A stretch of DNA of 64,000 nucleotides, taken from assembly GCA_050015855.1 (NCBI GenBank), contig JBEKAO010000001.1:19391-83390 (forward strand), in the 5' to 3' direction. The translations under genes were made by a program, and so were the position numbers. Below the pieces are notes generated by a model. It saw only the letters and a program-made list of their open reading frames with translations, ran no database searches and was not told where the DNA came from. Below, one piece after another: positions 9,486 through 18,781 of the stretch (the stretch's first letter is position 1; each line of letters opens with the position of its first letter). This DNA is from Opitutaceae bacterium. GTDB taxonomy: Bacteria > Verrucomicrobiota > Verrucomicrobiia > Opitutales > Opitutaceae.

Positions 9486-9501
9486 GACTGACTGGTCAGT
9501 C
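9486..9501. promoter_or_regulatory. Palindromic candidate operator for the adjacent TetR regulator
   Basis: GACTGAC-TG-GTCAGTC (7-bp perfect arms) ends 5 nt before the tetR ATG (9506). A TTGACT hexamer lies at 9466-9471. Confidence 0.4.
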
Positions 9502-9505
9502 GGTT

Positions 9506-10099
9506 ATGACTCAGGACAAAAAGCAACGGATCATGCAGGCGGTCGAGCTGCTCTTCCGCACCCGCCGCGTCGACGAGGTCACCCTGGATGAGGTCGCGCG
9601 GGAGGCGGACGTGGGCAAGGGCACGATCTACCTTTATTTCTCCGACAAGGAGGACTTGATCTTTCAGGCCGCGGTGGCCGGGTTTGAGGAGATGTGCAAG
9701 GCGCTCCGGCGCAACGCGGCCGAGGGCGGCACGTTCCGCGAGCGGCTGCTGCACGCCTGCGAAAACCTCAGCGCATTCTTCCAGGCCAGGCGGCCCCTAT
9801 TCCGCGTCATTCTTTCCGAGGGCGAGCGGGCCACCGAGGGCGGGGGCCCCAACCTTCGCCAGCGCTGGCGGAAGCGGCGCAAGACCCTGACGGAGGCGGT
9901 GGCGGCGATAATCTCCCAGGGGATGGCGTCGGGCCAGGTTCGCGCGGATCTGCCGGCGGACATCCTGGCGGAGTACCTGCTGGGCATGCTGCGGACCCGG
10001 TCGTGGGAGTTGGAGGACCGGCCGGAAACGCAGCGCAAGCACTCGTCCGTTGTGGACCTGTTTCTCAACGGGGCGAGCCTGCCCCCGCGGCCCCAATGA
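9506..10099 (+). CDS. TetR/AcrR family transcriptional regulator
   Basis: 197 aa. The N-terminal HTH is of the TetR type (VTLDEVAREADVGKGTIYLYFSDKEDL). It lies directly upstream of efflux genes. Confidence 0.85.
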   Translation: MTQDKKQRIMQAVELLFRTRRVDEVTLDEVAREADVGKGTIYLYFSDKEDLIFQAAVAGFEEMCKALRRNAAEGGTFRERLLHACENLSAFFQARRPLFRVILSEGERATEGGGPNLRQRWRKRRKTLTEAVAAIISQGMASGQVRADLPADILAEYLLGMLRTRSWELEDRPETQRKHSSVVDLFLNGASLPPRPQ

Positions 10100-10118
10100 C
10101 AATTCATTTCAAAATCCT

Positions 10119-11217
10119 ATGAGCACGACCGAGGGAACATCGCCCGGGACGGAGGGGTCGCAATCCGCGGGCCGGCAGGACGCCGGACCGAACGGAAATG
10201 GCGGACGCCGGAGGGATAGAATCAAATGGGGGATCGCGATCCTCGCGGTCATCGCCGTGTGCGTATTCGCCTACTGGTTTCTCTTCGTTCGGGGAATCGT
10301 CTACACGGACGACGCCCGCTTTTCGGGCCACCTGGTGGACGTCGCCCCCGAGATCAACGGCCGGCTGATCGACGTCGGGGTGCGCGAGGGGACGTTCGTC
10401 AATAAAGGGGCCGTGCTGTTCCGGCTCGACCCGTCCATCCCGCAGGCGGCATTGAACGAGGCCGAAGCATCGCTGGCTTCGGCACGGGCCAGCCTGGCCC
10501 TGAGCGAGGCCATGAGGGACAAGGCGATGAACGGCAGCCGTCCCGAGGAGATCAAGGCGGCCGAGGCGACCGTCGCGCGCCTCCAGAGCGAGGAGGAGAT
10601 GGCGAGGCTGGACTTCAACCGGATCGGGGCGCTTTTCAAGGGCGCCGCGGTGACGCAGGACGACCTGGACCGGGCCCGCACCGCCTACGAATCGGCGCGC
10701 CAGGCCCGGGAAAACGCCGCGCAAAATCTGGCCCTCCTGCAGCAGGGAACCCGCAGGGAGGACAAGTCCGCCGCCTCGGCGGGAGTCGACCTGGCCCGCA
10801 GCCGGGTGGCGGAGGCCGCAGCGCGCGTGGAGAACCTGCGGAGCGACCTGGCCCGCTGCACCGTGCTGGCGCCGTTTGACGGCTGGGTCGTGCGCCGCTG
10901 GCTCGATCCCGGCGCCATGCCCATGGCCGCCCAGCCGGTGGTCAGCCTTTTCGACCCGGCCACGCTGCGCGTCGACGCCGCTCCGGCTTCACGGCCGGGT
11001 GACCGGCATCATGCGCGCGACGAATTCGGAATTCAGCCTCATTCCCGCCGAGGGCGTGTCGGGCACGTTCATCAAGGTCACCCAGCGCGTGCCGTTGCGC
11101 ATCGCGGTGAGCGCGCCGCCGGAACTGATGCTGGGGCCGGGCCTGTCCGTTGAAGTGAGGATCCACTCCGGCTCGTCGGCGGGAAGCGCGCCGGGGCTGG
11201 ATGCGGCCCATGACTAG
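10119..11217 (+). pseudogene. HlyD/EmrA-family periplasmic adaptor, disrupted by an internal deletion plus frameshift near 10979-10986
   Basis: The frame of ORF 10050-11153 carries the TM segment, lipoyl half and coiled coil up to ...VVSLFDPATLRVDA, then turns into Arg/His/Gly-rich nonsense. The canonical C-terminus (LHGRVTGIMRATNSEFSLIPAEGVSGTFIKVTQRVPLRIAV...) is in the +1 frame (ORF 10876-11217). That frame ends overlapping the emrB-like start. About 25 residues that EmrA has between VDAN and YTGKV are missing. Confidence 0.6.
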
Positions 11218-12799
11218 CGGTAGCGACCTGAAGGCCAACCGGTGGGGCGTCCTGGGCATCATCATGCTCGGCACGTTCATGGCGGTGCTGGACTCAAGCA
11301 TCGTCAACGTGGCCCTGCCGCACATGATGAGCACCTTCGGGGTCGACCGGGAGCAGATCGAATGGGTGGCGACGGGATTCATGATGACGTCAGCCGTCGT
11401 CATGCCCCTGGTCGGCTGGCTCACCAACCGGATCAATTACAAGGTCCTTTACCTGGGCAGCCTGCTCCTGTTCACGCTCGCCAGCGGGGCGTGCGCCCTG
11501 GCCTGGAGCTATGAGTCGCTGATCGTCGCCCGCGTCCTGCAGGCCCTGGGCGGCGGCGCGATCCAGCCCATCGGAATGGCGATCGTGGCCGAATTGTTCG
11601 AGCCGCACGAACGGGGGAAGGCCCTGGGCATCTGGGGTATGGGCATCATGGCCGGGCCCGCGATCGGACCGACCCTGGGCGGATACCTGACGGACGCCTA
11701 CAGCTGGCGGACCATCTTCTCGGTCAACCTCCCGGTGGGCGTCCTGACCCTGCTCGCCGGCATGATTGTCATGCGCCCCCTGCGCGCCCAGAGCACGAAA
11801 CGGTCCTTCGACCTGTTCGGGTATGTCTTTCTCTCGATGGCGCTCGTCGCCTCGCTTACCGCGCTGTCGAACGGCCAGATCAAGGGCTGGCACTCCGACT
11901 ACATTCATGTGTGCGAGGCCATCACCGTCGTGGGGCTGGTGATGTTCATCGCCGTAGAGCTGACCGTGGAGCATCCGCTGCTCGATCTGCGGCTCTTCAT
12001 CATCCGGAATTACATGCTGAGCATCTTGCTGGCCATATTCCGCGCGGTGGGACTTTTCGGCAGCGTCTTTCTCTTTCCGATCTTCCTCCAGAACATGATG
12101 GGATACACCCCCGTGCAGGCCGGGCTGTGGATGCTTCCCAACGCCCTGGCCGTCGGCCTGATGATGCCGCTGGCCGGACGCCTGGCGGACCGGTACCGCC
12201 CGTCGGTGCTGGCGGGGACGGGTTGCGTTCTGGTGGGCGCCTCGCTCCTGATATTCGGCCGCATGGACCCCCTGTCGCAATGGCCCATGCTGGTGCTGCC
12301 GCAGATCGGACGGGGCGCGGGCCTGGCGCTGATGATGGCGCCCCTGATGACGGCGGCGCTCAATGCGGTGCCCAGCGTCGAGGTGCCCATGGCCAGCAGT
12401 TTCCTCAACGTTTTTCAAAATGTCGGCGGCTCGCTGGGCATCGCGCTCCTGAACACCTTCGTCACCAATTCGATTCAGATCCACGCGGTCCGGCTCGGCG
12501 AGGCATTCCCGGTGGAGTCGCAGCGCTTCGGAGTCAGGCTGGGCCTGCGGGCCATGGGCGTGGTCTTCCACCATGAAGCGGGTCTGGTCGCCAATCCCCA
12601 GAACAAGATCCTGTTCGCCGCGAGCGAGGGAATAACCCGGCGGGCGGCGGTGCTTGGATTTGAAAACGGATTTGTGCTCGCCGGCCTGATCCTTCTGGCC
12701 GGCATCCCCCTCTGCCTCCTGCTCAAGCCCTTCGCGCACCACCTGAAGGAGGAGGAAAGGAGGGGCGGGGAGGTGGAGGCCAAATTCGTTGCGGAATGA
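11201..12799 (+). CDS. MFS transporter, DHA2 (EmrB/QacA-like, 14-TMS) drug:H+ antiporter family
   Basis: 532 aa. The N-terminus LGTFMAVLDSSIVNVALPHM is typical of EmrB/QacA. Multiple TM segments follow, and it lies downstream of the HlyD-type gene. Confidence 0.85.
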   Translation: MRPMTSGSDLKANRWGVLGIIMLGTFMAVLDSSIVNVALPHMMSTFGVDREQIEWVATGFMMTSAVVMPLVGWLTNRINYKVLYLGSLLLFTLASGACALAWSYESLIVARVLQALGGGAIQPIGMAIVAELFEPHERGKALGIWGMGIMAGPAIGPTLGGYLTDAYSWRTIFSVNLPVGVLTLLAGMIVMRPLRAQSTKRSFDLFGYVFLSMALVASLTALSNGQIKGWHSDYIHVCEAITVVGLVMFIAVELTVEHPLLDLRLFIIRNYMLSILLAIFRAVGLFGSVFLFPIFLQNMMGYTPVQAGLWMLPNALAVGLMMPLAGRLADRYRPSVLAGTGCVLVGASLLIFGRMDPLSQWPMLVLPQIGRGAGLALMMAPLMTAALNAVPSVEVPMASSFLNVFQNVGGSLGIALLNTFVTNSIQIHAVRLGEAFPVESQRFGVRLGLRAMGVVFHHEAGLVANPQNKILFAASEGITRRAAVLGFENGFVLAGLILLAGIPLCLLLKPFAHHLKEEERRGGEVEAKFVAE

Positions 12800-12832
12800 C
12801 GGCCCGCCGGATCGACTCGATGAGCGGCGCCG

Positions 12833-13882
12833 CTATGGTTTTGGCGCAGGCGCCCGTTCGCCTAGCAGGGCGTCGAGTTCGCGCATGACGGCGAACGCGT
12901 CGGCGACGTAGAGAACGTCGGCCTTGCCCTGCGCCCATCCGCAGTTGGGATTGAGGTTCACCGCCCGCCGGGCGGTTACAAAGCGCCAGCCGACGGTGTG
13001 CGGCTCCTCGCCGTGGCAGCAGGTCGCCAATCCCTTGGCATGCCGGGGTGTGGAGCCGGTCTGGCCGACCTGGTTCAAATGAGTCATGAAGCCCAGGACC
13101 GGCTGGCCTTCGCCGCTTTGGTCCACCAGCGACTTCGTGCTCCCAAGCGAGGCTTTTGTCCTGCGCAGGAAATCCAGAATGAGCGCCTCGGCCTCGCTCC
13201 CGTGCGTCTTGCCGTCGGGCTGCGCCTTTGTCCATCCGGCGCCGGCCACGAACAACAGCTTCGCGTCGGGGCGGATCGTCTGCTGGTCGGCCGGGGGAGA
13301 GCGCACGCCGGCGACCGTCGTTCTCGGGGCGGCGGCCGGGGCGGCATCGATCGATTCGATCGCCGCGGTCCCCTGGGGCCCGGCCCAGGGCTCGCCGCAG
13401 CCCGGATCGAGGAGGATGAACCACGGACGGGCCGTGCGGCGCACGACCGCCTCCAGGCGCTGGCGATAGTACCAGCGTGTCACTGCGGGCGAGCCGTCGA
13501 TGGCAGCGATCGCGGTGGCGTGCGCGTCGATCCGGCCGCCGAGGCGGTGGGCGGCCCCGGCGAGCGCGCGGTTCCAGCGGGAGGTGGCCGGGGCGACGAC
13601 GATCGTCGCCCCCGAGGCCCTGCCCAGGGCGGTCGAGGCCTCGACATCCGTGCAGTAGCGGGACCATGCGAACGGGGCGCCGGAGACGCCGAGAAAACGC
13701 GCGGCTCCGCAGCCCGCGATTGCGTCCGCCGCCGCGCGCACGTCGGCGCCGACCAGGCCGGCGACGAACCCGGAGCCCGGCAGCGCCGCCGCGAGCGCCC
13801 GGGCAGCGCCAAGGGATTCGAGGGCGGCCCGGCAGAGGGATCCATCGGCCTCGGTGTGGGCAAGAAAAAGGACGGTGTCCAT
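12833..13882 (-). CDS. Electron transfer flavoprotein alpha-subunit-like protein (divergent)
   Basis: 349 aa. The C-terminal half follows the EtfA pattern (AKLLFVAGAG, VGQTG, AVNLNPNCGW...ADVLYVADAFAVMREL). CCHGEEPH stands where canonical EtfA has GISGAIQH. Confidence 0.75.
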   Translation of the reverse strand: MDTVLFLAHTEADGSLCRAALESLGAARALAAALPGSGFVAGLVGADVRAAADAIAGCGAARFLGVSGAPFAWSRYCTDVEASTALGRASGATIVVAPATSRWNRALAGAAHRLGGRIDAHATAIAAIDGSPAVTRWYYRQRLEAVVRRTARPWFILLDPGCGEPWAGPQGTAAIESIDAAPAAAPRTTVAGVRSPPADQQTIRPDAKLLFVAGAGWTKAQPDGKTHGSEAEALILDFLRRTKASLGSTKSLVDQSGEGQPVLGFMTHLNQVGQTGSTPRHAKGLATCCHGEEPHTVGWRFVTARRAVNLNPNCGWAQGKADVLYVADAFAVMRELDALLGERAPAPKP

Positions 13883-13891
13883 GATCCCGGA

Positions 13892-14704
13892 TCAGTCTGC
13901 TCCGATCCAATCGGCGATCTCGCGGGCGATCGCGCCGGGGGCCATGTCCCTGACGATCCTCGTGTCGCGCCTCTGGCTCGGCGCCGTCACGCACGCGAAG
14001 GATAGCCCGTCGTTGGCGATCCTCACCGGGCGCGCGCGCTGCAGGGCCGGCATCACGGTGCGCATGTTGGCCATTCCGACCTGCGGATTGTTCGGCGGCT
14101 CCGGCAACTCTCCCGTCGCCCATCCGAGGACGGCGGGAAGGCCCGAGCAGGCGCTCTCCTGGTGGCGGCCCCCCTCGATCCTTTCGATCACCCGGAAAGA
14201 CCCGTCCGGGGCGATGTCGAGCCGGTCGACGCCCTGGAACTGCTCGAAAATCCCGAGCCTTTCGCCGACCGTCTGCAGGGTGGTGCCCGCCCCCCGCGAG
14301 GCCGATTCCCAGCCGCCAAAGACAAGCAGGCGGGACCGGTCGATCCCGGGCAGACGCTCGATTGCGCCTGCGATTTCGGCCGCGATTTCCGCCGACTCGG
14401 TGAAACCGCCGGCAGGACCGTCGAGGGCGACCAGTTCAAACGCCGCCTTTTGGGCGACGGTCATCATCACCTGCTGAAGCTTGGCCCTGGGGGCGACGCT
14501 CACGAGCCACGCCCTGCTTCCAGGAAATCGCCGCGCCAACGCGGCGGCCTCGTAAAGCGCGCATGCGGCCCAGGGATCGACGACCAGGGGCAGCATCATT
14601 TCGTTTTTCAGCACCGGGCCGGCGGGTCCCGCCGCCGGCTCGAGGGTTTGCAGCGGGTCGGGCACGAGGCCGGCACAGACGACGATTTGGAAGGGCGTAT
14701 CCAC
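13892..14704 (-). CDS. Electron transfer flavoprotein beta-subunit-like protein (divergent)
   Basis: Track ORF 13892-14920 trimmed to GTG 14704 (VDTPFQIVVCAGLVPDP...), 11 nt after the stop of the upstream gene. Architecture is EtfB-like (IVVC..VPD start, LPAVLGW...P.N motif region). Confidence 0.7.
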   Translation of the reverse strand: MDTPFQIVVCAGLVPDPLQTLEPAAGPAGPVLKNEMMLPLVVDPWAACALYEAAALARRFPGSRAWLVSVAPRAKLQQVMMTVAQKAAFELVALDGPAGGFTESAEIAAEIAGAIERLPGIDRSRLLVFGGWESASRGAGTTLQTVGERLGIFEQFQGVDRLDIAPDGSFRVIERIEGGRHQESACSGLPAVLGWATGELPEPPNNPQVGMANMRTVMPALQRARPVRIANDGLSFACVTAPSQRRDTRIVRDMAPGAIAREIADWIGAD

Positions 14705-14715
14705 GGGTGTGCGGC

Positions 14716-16530
14716 TCAGTTCTCCGCGGAATGCAGGCCCCCCGCGCCCGCCCGCAGCTCGATGTTGCCGCGCGACGGATTCCCCGGGCGCGCCTGGGAG
14801 CAGTTCCATACGCAGGCTCCGCAGTGGATGCATTTGTCGCGGTCGAAAGTCGGGACTCCATTCGCACCGGCCGCGATGGCCTGGCCTGAGCAGGCGTCGA
14901 TGCAGACTCTCGCCCCGCATCTTTCACAGGCGGTCGAGTCGATGAATTCGACGTGGTCGGCGTAGCCCGACGGGGCCTGCACCTTGCCCCCGACAAGAAG
15001 CGCGTCCTGGTGCGACATCAGCAGCTTGCCGTCCAGGGGGACGGGAGGCCATCCGGCCCGGTCCATCAGGAGGGTGTGCAAGGGAACGCCCCCGGTCCGG
15101 CTCTCCTCCCGCATCCGGGCGATTTCGGAGGGCGGTATCGCGCCCCGGTAGTATCGCTCGAGGGTCGGCAGTCTGCGGTGGGGCGGAGCCGGCCGGCCGC
15201 GCGCCGACAGCCGGCCGCCGCTCAATCCCGCAAGCCCCATCCCGATGAGCCCCCGGACGAATCCCCTTTGGAATCCGTCCCTGGCCTTTTCCGCGACGCG
15301 TCCCTCCTTCTCCACCCAGCTCGCGCGGCGGCGGCGCACGTAGGCCTCCTCAAGGTTTTCGCGAGTGAAGGGCCGGTTGGCCTCCCAAAGCTCCGAGACT
15401 CCCTCGGCGAGGAGGACCCCCGTCGCCCATGCCTCGTCGACGCCCGAGCCGGTGAGCATATTCGTGCTTCCGGAGCCCTCGCCGATCCGGGCATATCCGT
15501 CCCCGACCAGGCGGGGCTCTCCCCGCCGCCCGCATTCCAGCAGGGATTTCGCCCCCCACGATCGGAGCTTCCCGCCTTCAAGGTGGTGCCACAGGTAGGG
15601 ATGCCTCATCCAATGCTGCATGTACCGGTACGATGTGCGCGCCGGGTTGTCGAAGGTGGAGGGCACGAAGATGCCCAGCGATGCGATACCGCCCGGATGG
15701 ACGTACAGGAAACCGAAGATCTCCGGTTCGGGATATCCGAATGTGTGGAAGACGGTGCCTGGCTCGAGTCCGCAATGGGAGGGCAGCTCCACGACCATCT
15801 TCATCCCGATCGCCCAGTCGTCCCGCCGGTTGCCGGCGGGCAGCCCGAAGCGCTCGTCGAGCTGGCGCCCGACTGCGCCCATCGGGCCGTCGCCGACGAC
15901 GGTCAACGGGGCGCGCACGTCCATTCCCGGCGTGAACCCGTCCGCCGGATTTCCCCGCCGGTCGGTGCCCTGGTCGATCAGCCGCACGCCGGCGACCCTG
16001 TCGCCCTCGAAGAGCGGACCGGCGACCGGCATCGACGGCCAGACCTGGATCGTGCCGGATTCGGCGACACGGGCGGCGACCCACTGCATGAATTGTCCGA
16101 TCGAAAGCACGAGGCCGCCGTCCTTGCGCAGGAATTCGGGCGTCCACGGCAGCTGCAGGGCGTCCTTTTGGAATGGAAGCGCCCACCGGAGGGCACGGAC
16201 GATCGTGGCGTCGGCCGCGCGAACAGCCGGGGAGCGCCGGCTGGCCCCGACGGGGTCGAGGAGATAGGCCACGTGCTCGCGCCGCACGGCCGCAGCCATG
16301 GGAATTGCCGCCGGGTCGAGATCGGGAAAGCTCGCCCGGATCGCTCGCCCGGGCGTCACCGCGCCGGACACTCCGAATCCGATGTCGTCGGACCTCTCGT
16401 AGCAGATGACGAACGGCGGGGCGCGTTTGGCGCCCGTGCACCGCCGCGCCAGTTCCGCGAGGAATCCCCCCGTCGCCGGCCCGAAGCCGACGCAGACGAT
16501 ATCTACTTCCGTGCTCAGGCGCTCGCTCAC
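14716..16530 (-). CDS. ETF-quinone oxidoreductase/FixC-like flavoprotein with a C-terminal FixX-like ferredoxin domain
   Basis: Track ORF 14716-17274 trimmed to GTG 16530 (GTGA overlap with the stop of the ACAD gene). The N-terminus DIVCVGFGPATGG is an FAD fold. C-terminal Cys motifs are CERCGARVCIDAC and CIHCGACVWNC. Confidence 0.8.
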   Translation of the reverse strand: MSERLSTEVDIVCVGFGPATGGFLAELARRCTGAKRAPPFVICYERSDDIGFGVSGAVTPGRAIRASFPDLDPAAIPMAAAVRREHVAYLLDPVGASRRSPAVRAADATIVRALRWALPFQKDALQLPWTPEFLRKDGGLVLSIGQFMQWVAARVAESGTIQVWPSMPVAGPLFEGDRVAGVRLIDQGTDRRGNPADGFTPGMDVRAPLTVVGDGPMGAVGRQLDERFGLPAGNRRDDWAIGMKMVVELPSHCGLEPGTVFHTFGYPEPEIFGFLYVHPGGIASLGIFVPSTFDNPARTSYRYMQHWMRHPYLWHHLEGGKLRSWGAKSLLECGRRGEPRLVGDGYARIGEGSGSTNMLTGSGVDEAWATGVLLAEGVSELWEANRPFTRENLEEAYVRRRRASWVEKEGRVAEKARDGFQRGFVRGLIGMGLAGLSGGRLSARGRPAPPHRRLPTLERYYRGAIPPSEIARMREESRTGGVPLHTLLMDRAGWPPVPLDGKLLMSHQDALLVGGKVQAPSGYADHVEFIDSTACERCGARVCIDACSGQAIAAGANGVPTFDRDKCIHCGACVWNCSQARPGNPSRGNIELRAGAGGLHSAEN

Positions 16531-18614
16531 CGGGGATAGTCGAGGGCCTCGGGGATCGTCACTTTTGCCAGCGCTTCCGCGGCGCGGTCCTTTGCAAGCC
16601 GGGAGCCGGCCATCCCGGCGTCGGTCGCCGCCCGAAGCCTGGCGAAGGCCTCGGGCGCCGCCGCACCCGGGGCGTTGAAGCCGTGCGCCATTTCGGAGCA
16701 AATCCGGGCGCATTCGCCGGCCGCGCTGGCCGCCTGTACGCTGCAAAGGTCGGTGAAGAGATTGACAAAACCCGCAAGGCCTTCCGCAAGCGTCGGGATC
16801 CCTGGCCCCTTCTCGGCCAGCCGCAGGGTGTCGAGAATCTGGAAGCGAACGGCCAGAAGCCAGCACAGGGCGTCGGCCATCGGGAATGTGACGCCCTGGC
16901 GGTTTCCCGAGTACAGCTTTGCCCCGTTGGCGTCGGTCGTCTTCTGGAGATGATCCAGCGTCCACAGCCAAAGGTCCATGGCGTTTGCCAGCGTTCCCGC
17001 GCCGATTTCGGGCTGGCGGGAGTCTATCTCGCGCAGCTCCCTCGCCCACGCGCGCAAGACGGCGAGAAACACCTCGCTTGTCATCGTCACGGAGAGCTGG
17101 CGGCGCTGCACCGCCTCCGGCCCCTCGTAAGTCGCCTCGAGCTGGGCGTCCATCCACTTGTGGCCGAGGAACCCCGGGCAGTCCTCGGTGATCCCGTATC
17201 CGCCGACCAGGCTCACCGCCTCGCGCATGACGTTGGCGCCGTGGCCTGTGTCCCAGAGTTTGCATGCCGGGCACAGGACGTTGGCCTGGGAATCGAGGAT
17301 CAGGTACTGCACGAGGGGATCGGCCTCCAGCGCGGCATGGCGCGACCGGTCGCGCTTTGCCTCCGGTTCCTCCCGCAGGGCGATGAAATCCAGGGCGTCC
17401 TTCTGCAGCCGGCGAAAGGCCTTCATCTGCGCGGCCCCGGGGGCGATTCCCTGTTCAGCGAAAACCCCGTCCTTGCGTTTCTCGAGCGGATCCAGTTCGT
17501 CGAAGAGCCGCGCGGCCGCGAAGCCGAGCGCCGCAGCCGCCTCGCCCGTCGCCCAGATGTCGACCAGGCGCAGGAGCGTGTCCTCCTTTTGCTGCAGTCC
17601 CGCCTCGTAACGGGGCGTCCCAGGGGCGACGCTTGCCGCGCCGCGAAAACGATTGCGGTGGTAGCGGATGACCGGCTCGACCGCGGAAAGCAGCTTCGCC
17701 GCCGTCATGAGGCCCACCGTCACGCGCGTGCGGCGGAAAACCGCCTCGATCACCTCGCCGTGGCTGAAGTTTGGAATGAGGATGCCGTCCTTGACCGTGT
17801 AGCCGCCCACGATCCGGCTCGCCGGCACCTTCAGGCTGAAGATCGGATCCCGGGTGGACGAGAGCTGGTGCACGAGTTTTCGAGTGGGGACGCCCCGGTC
17901 GTAGGTTCCCGGATCGCCCTCCTCGAGGATGACGATGCAGCTTCCCTTGATCCGGGCGTCGCCGCTGTCGACCGCGGCGGTCGTGAAGTTTGCAAACCCC
18001 ATGTTGGTGATGAAGCGCCCCCGCTTTTCGACCTGGAGCTCGGGCTCCCCGCCGTCGGGCCAGTCTGATATCCGTACGCTGCCGCTCAGCAGGCCGGTTT
18101 CCACGCCCACGTAGGGAAGCGGCTCGGTGAGGCTGAAGGCCCCGCGCCAGATCTTCCTCGTCTCCCCGGGCCCCGGCGGGATGCAGCGGCTCATGTACGT
18201 GCCGCGTTGGTCGGGCGTGCCGCGCTCGTGGATGGGCGAGAGCGCGAGATTTCCGGCCAGGCTGCAGGTCGCCGCCCCGGCGTCGACCCAGGCGAGTTCC
18301 ATCGCCACGAGCGCCAGGGCCAGGTTCTTCGGCCCCTCGATAAAGCCTCCCTGGCCCGGATCCATGAAGCAGGTGGTGATCCCGGCCTCGTCGAAGGCGC
18401 CCAGCAGCTGGTCCTTTTCCGCGGTCCATTCGTGGCTGCCGCGGGCGCCGCCGGCCACGAGCTGCGCGACTTTGCCCCGCGCCACCGACCGGGCCGATTG
18501 GACGAGCATCTGCAGGTCGTAACGATCCTCGAATCGCCACAGGATCTGGCGGAGATCGTCGCCGGGCAGCGTCTTCAGGGTTTCACGGGTTTTCGAGTCG
18601 GCGGATGCAATCAT
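16527..18614 (-). CDS. Acyl-CoA dehydrogenase family protein, long (695-aa) form
   Basis: ACAD-like boxes are present: GAFSLTEP.PYVG, GGYGITEDCP.F.GHKWMDAQ, ATYEGPEAVQR. Large insertions and a C-terminal extension distinguish it from ~380-aa ACADs. Confidence 0.7.
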   Translation of the reverse strand: MIASADSKTRETLKTLPGDDLRQILWRFEDRYDLQMLVQSARSVARGKVAQLVAGGARGSHEWTAEKDQLLGAFDEAGITTCFMDPGQGGFIEGPKNLALALVAMELAWVDAGAATCSLAGNLALSPIHERGTPDQRGTYMSRCIPPGPGETRKIWRGAFSLTEPLPYVGVETGLLSGSVRISDWPDGGEPELQVEKRGRFITNMGFANFTTAAVDSGDARIKGSCIVILEEGDPGTYDRGVPTRKLVHQLSSTRDPIFSLKVPASRIVGGYTVKDGILIPNFSHGEVIEAVFRRTRVTVGLMTAAKLLSAVEPVIRYHRNRFRGAASVAPGTPRYEAGLQQKEDTLLRLVDIWATGEAAAALGFAAARLFDELDPLEKRKDGVFAEQGIAPGAAQMKAFRRLQKDALDFIALREEPEAKRDRSRHAALEADPLVQYLILDSQANVLCPACKLWDTGHGANVMREAVSLVGGYGITEDCPGFLGHKWMDAQLEATYEGPEAVQRRQLSVTMTSEVFLAVLRAWARELREIDSRQPEIGAGTLANAMDLWLWTLDHLQKTTDANGAKLYSGNRQGVTFPMADALCWLLAVRFQILDTLRLAEKGPGIPTLAEGLAGFVNLFTDLCSVQAASAAGECARICSEMAHGFNAPGAAAPEAFARLRAATDAGMAGSRLAKDRAAEALAKVTIPEALDYPR

Positions 18615-18781
18615 GGGATTATTTGATTCCGATTAGGAACTCGCGGGAATCGAGCGGCAAGGCTCCATTAGGCAGCTGACTGTCATGCCGGCACAAATTA
18701 AGAAAATTTGTATGCAGCGGCCCACGACACGGGCTGCTGCCATTGGCAAGAAATGCGCAAATGCCGGGAGGCCGGCCCCCG

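Noticed and set aside
10050-11153. Reading the HlyD ORF as an intact 367-aa gene
   Set aside because: Its last ~60 residues (APASRPGDRHHARDEFGIQPHSRRGRVGHVHQGHP...) are nonsense-like. The canonical adaptor C-terminus is in the +1 frame (10876-11217), and that frame also gives the expected overlap with the pump gene. I therefore call it frame-disrupted.
14716-17274. Long N-terminal extensions of track ORFs: 14716-17274, 13892-14920, 25183-26709, 36317-37309, 37706-38950, 44101-46236, 45900-47978, 47662-50013, 5503-8304 and 31777-32937
   Set aside because: The extensions overlap the upstream gene, are compositionally non-protein-like, and precede the point where family homology or a signal peptide begins. 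Starts were reassigned to internal ATG, GTG or TTG codons, several of which form ATGA/GTGA overlaps with the upstream stop.
18650-18730. The hairpin GCAGCGGCCC-ACGACAC-GGGCTGCTGC between xfp and the ACAD operon, as a terminator or small RNA
   Set aside because: It is only G-U compatible on the plus strand, whereas both flanking genes are on the minus strand, where it has an A-C mismatch. It has no U-tract. The evidence is too weak to call.
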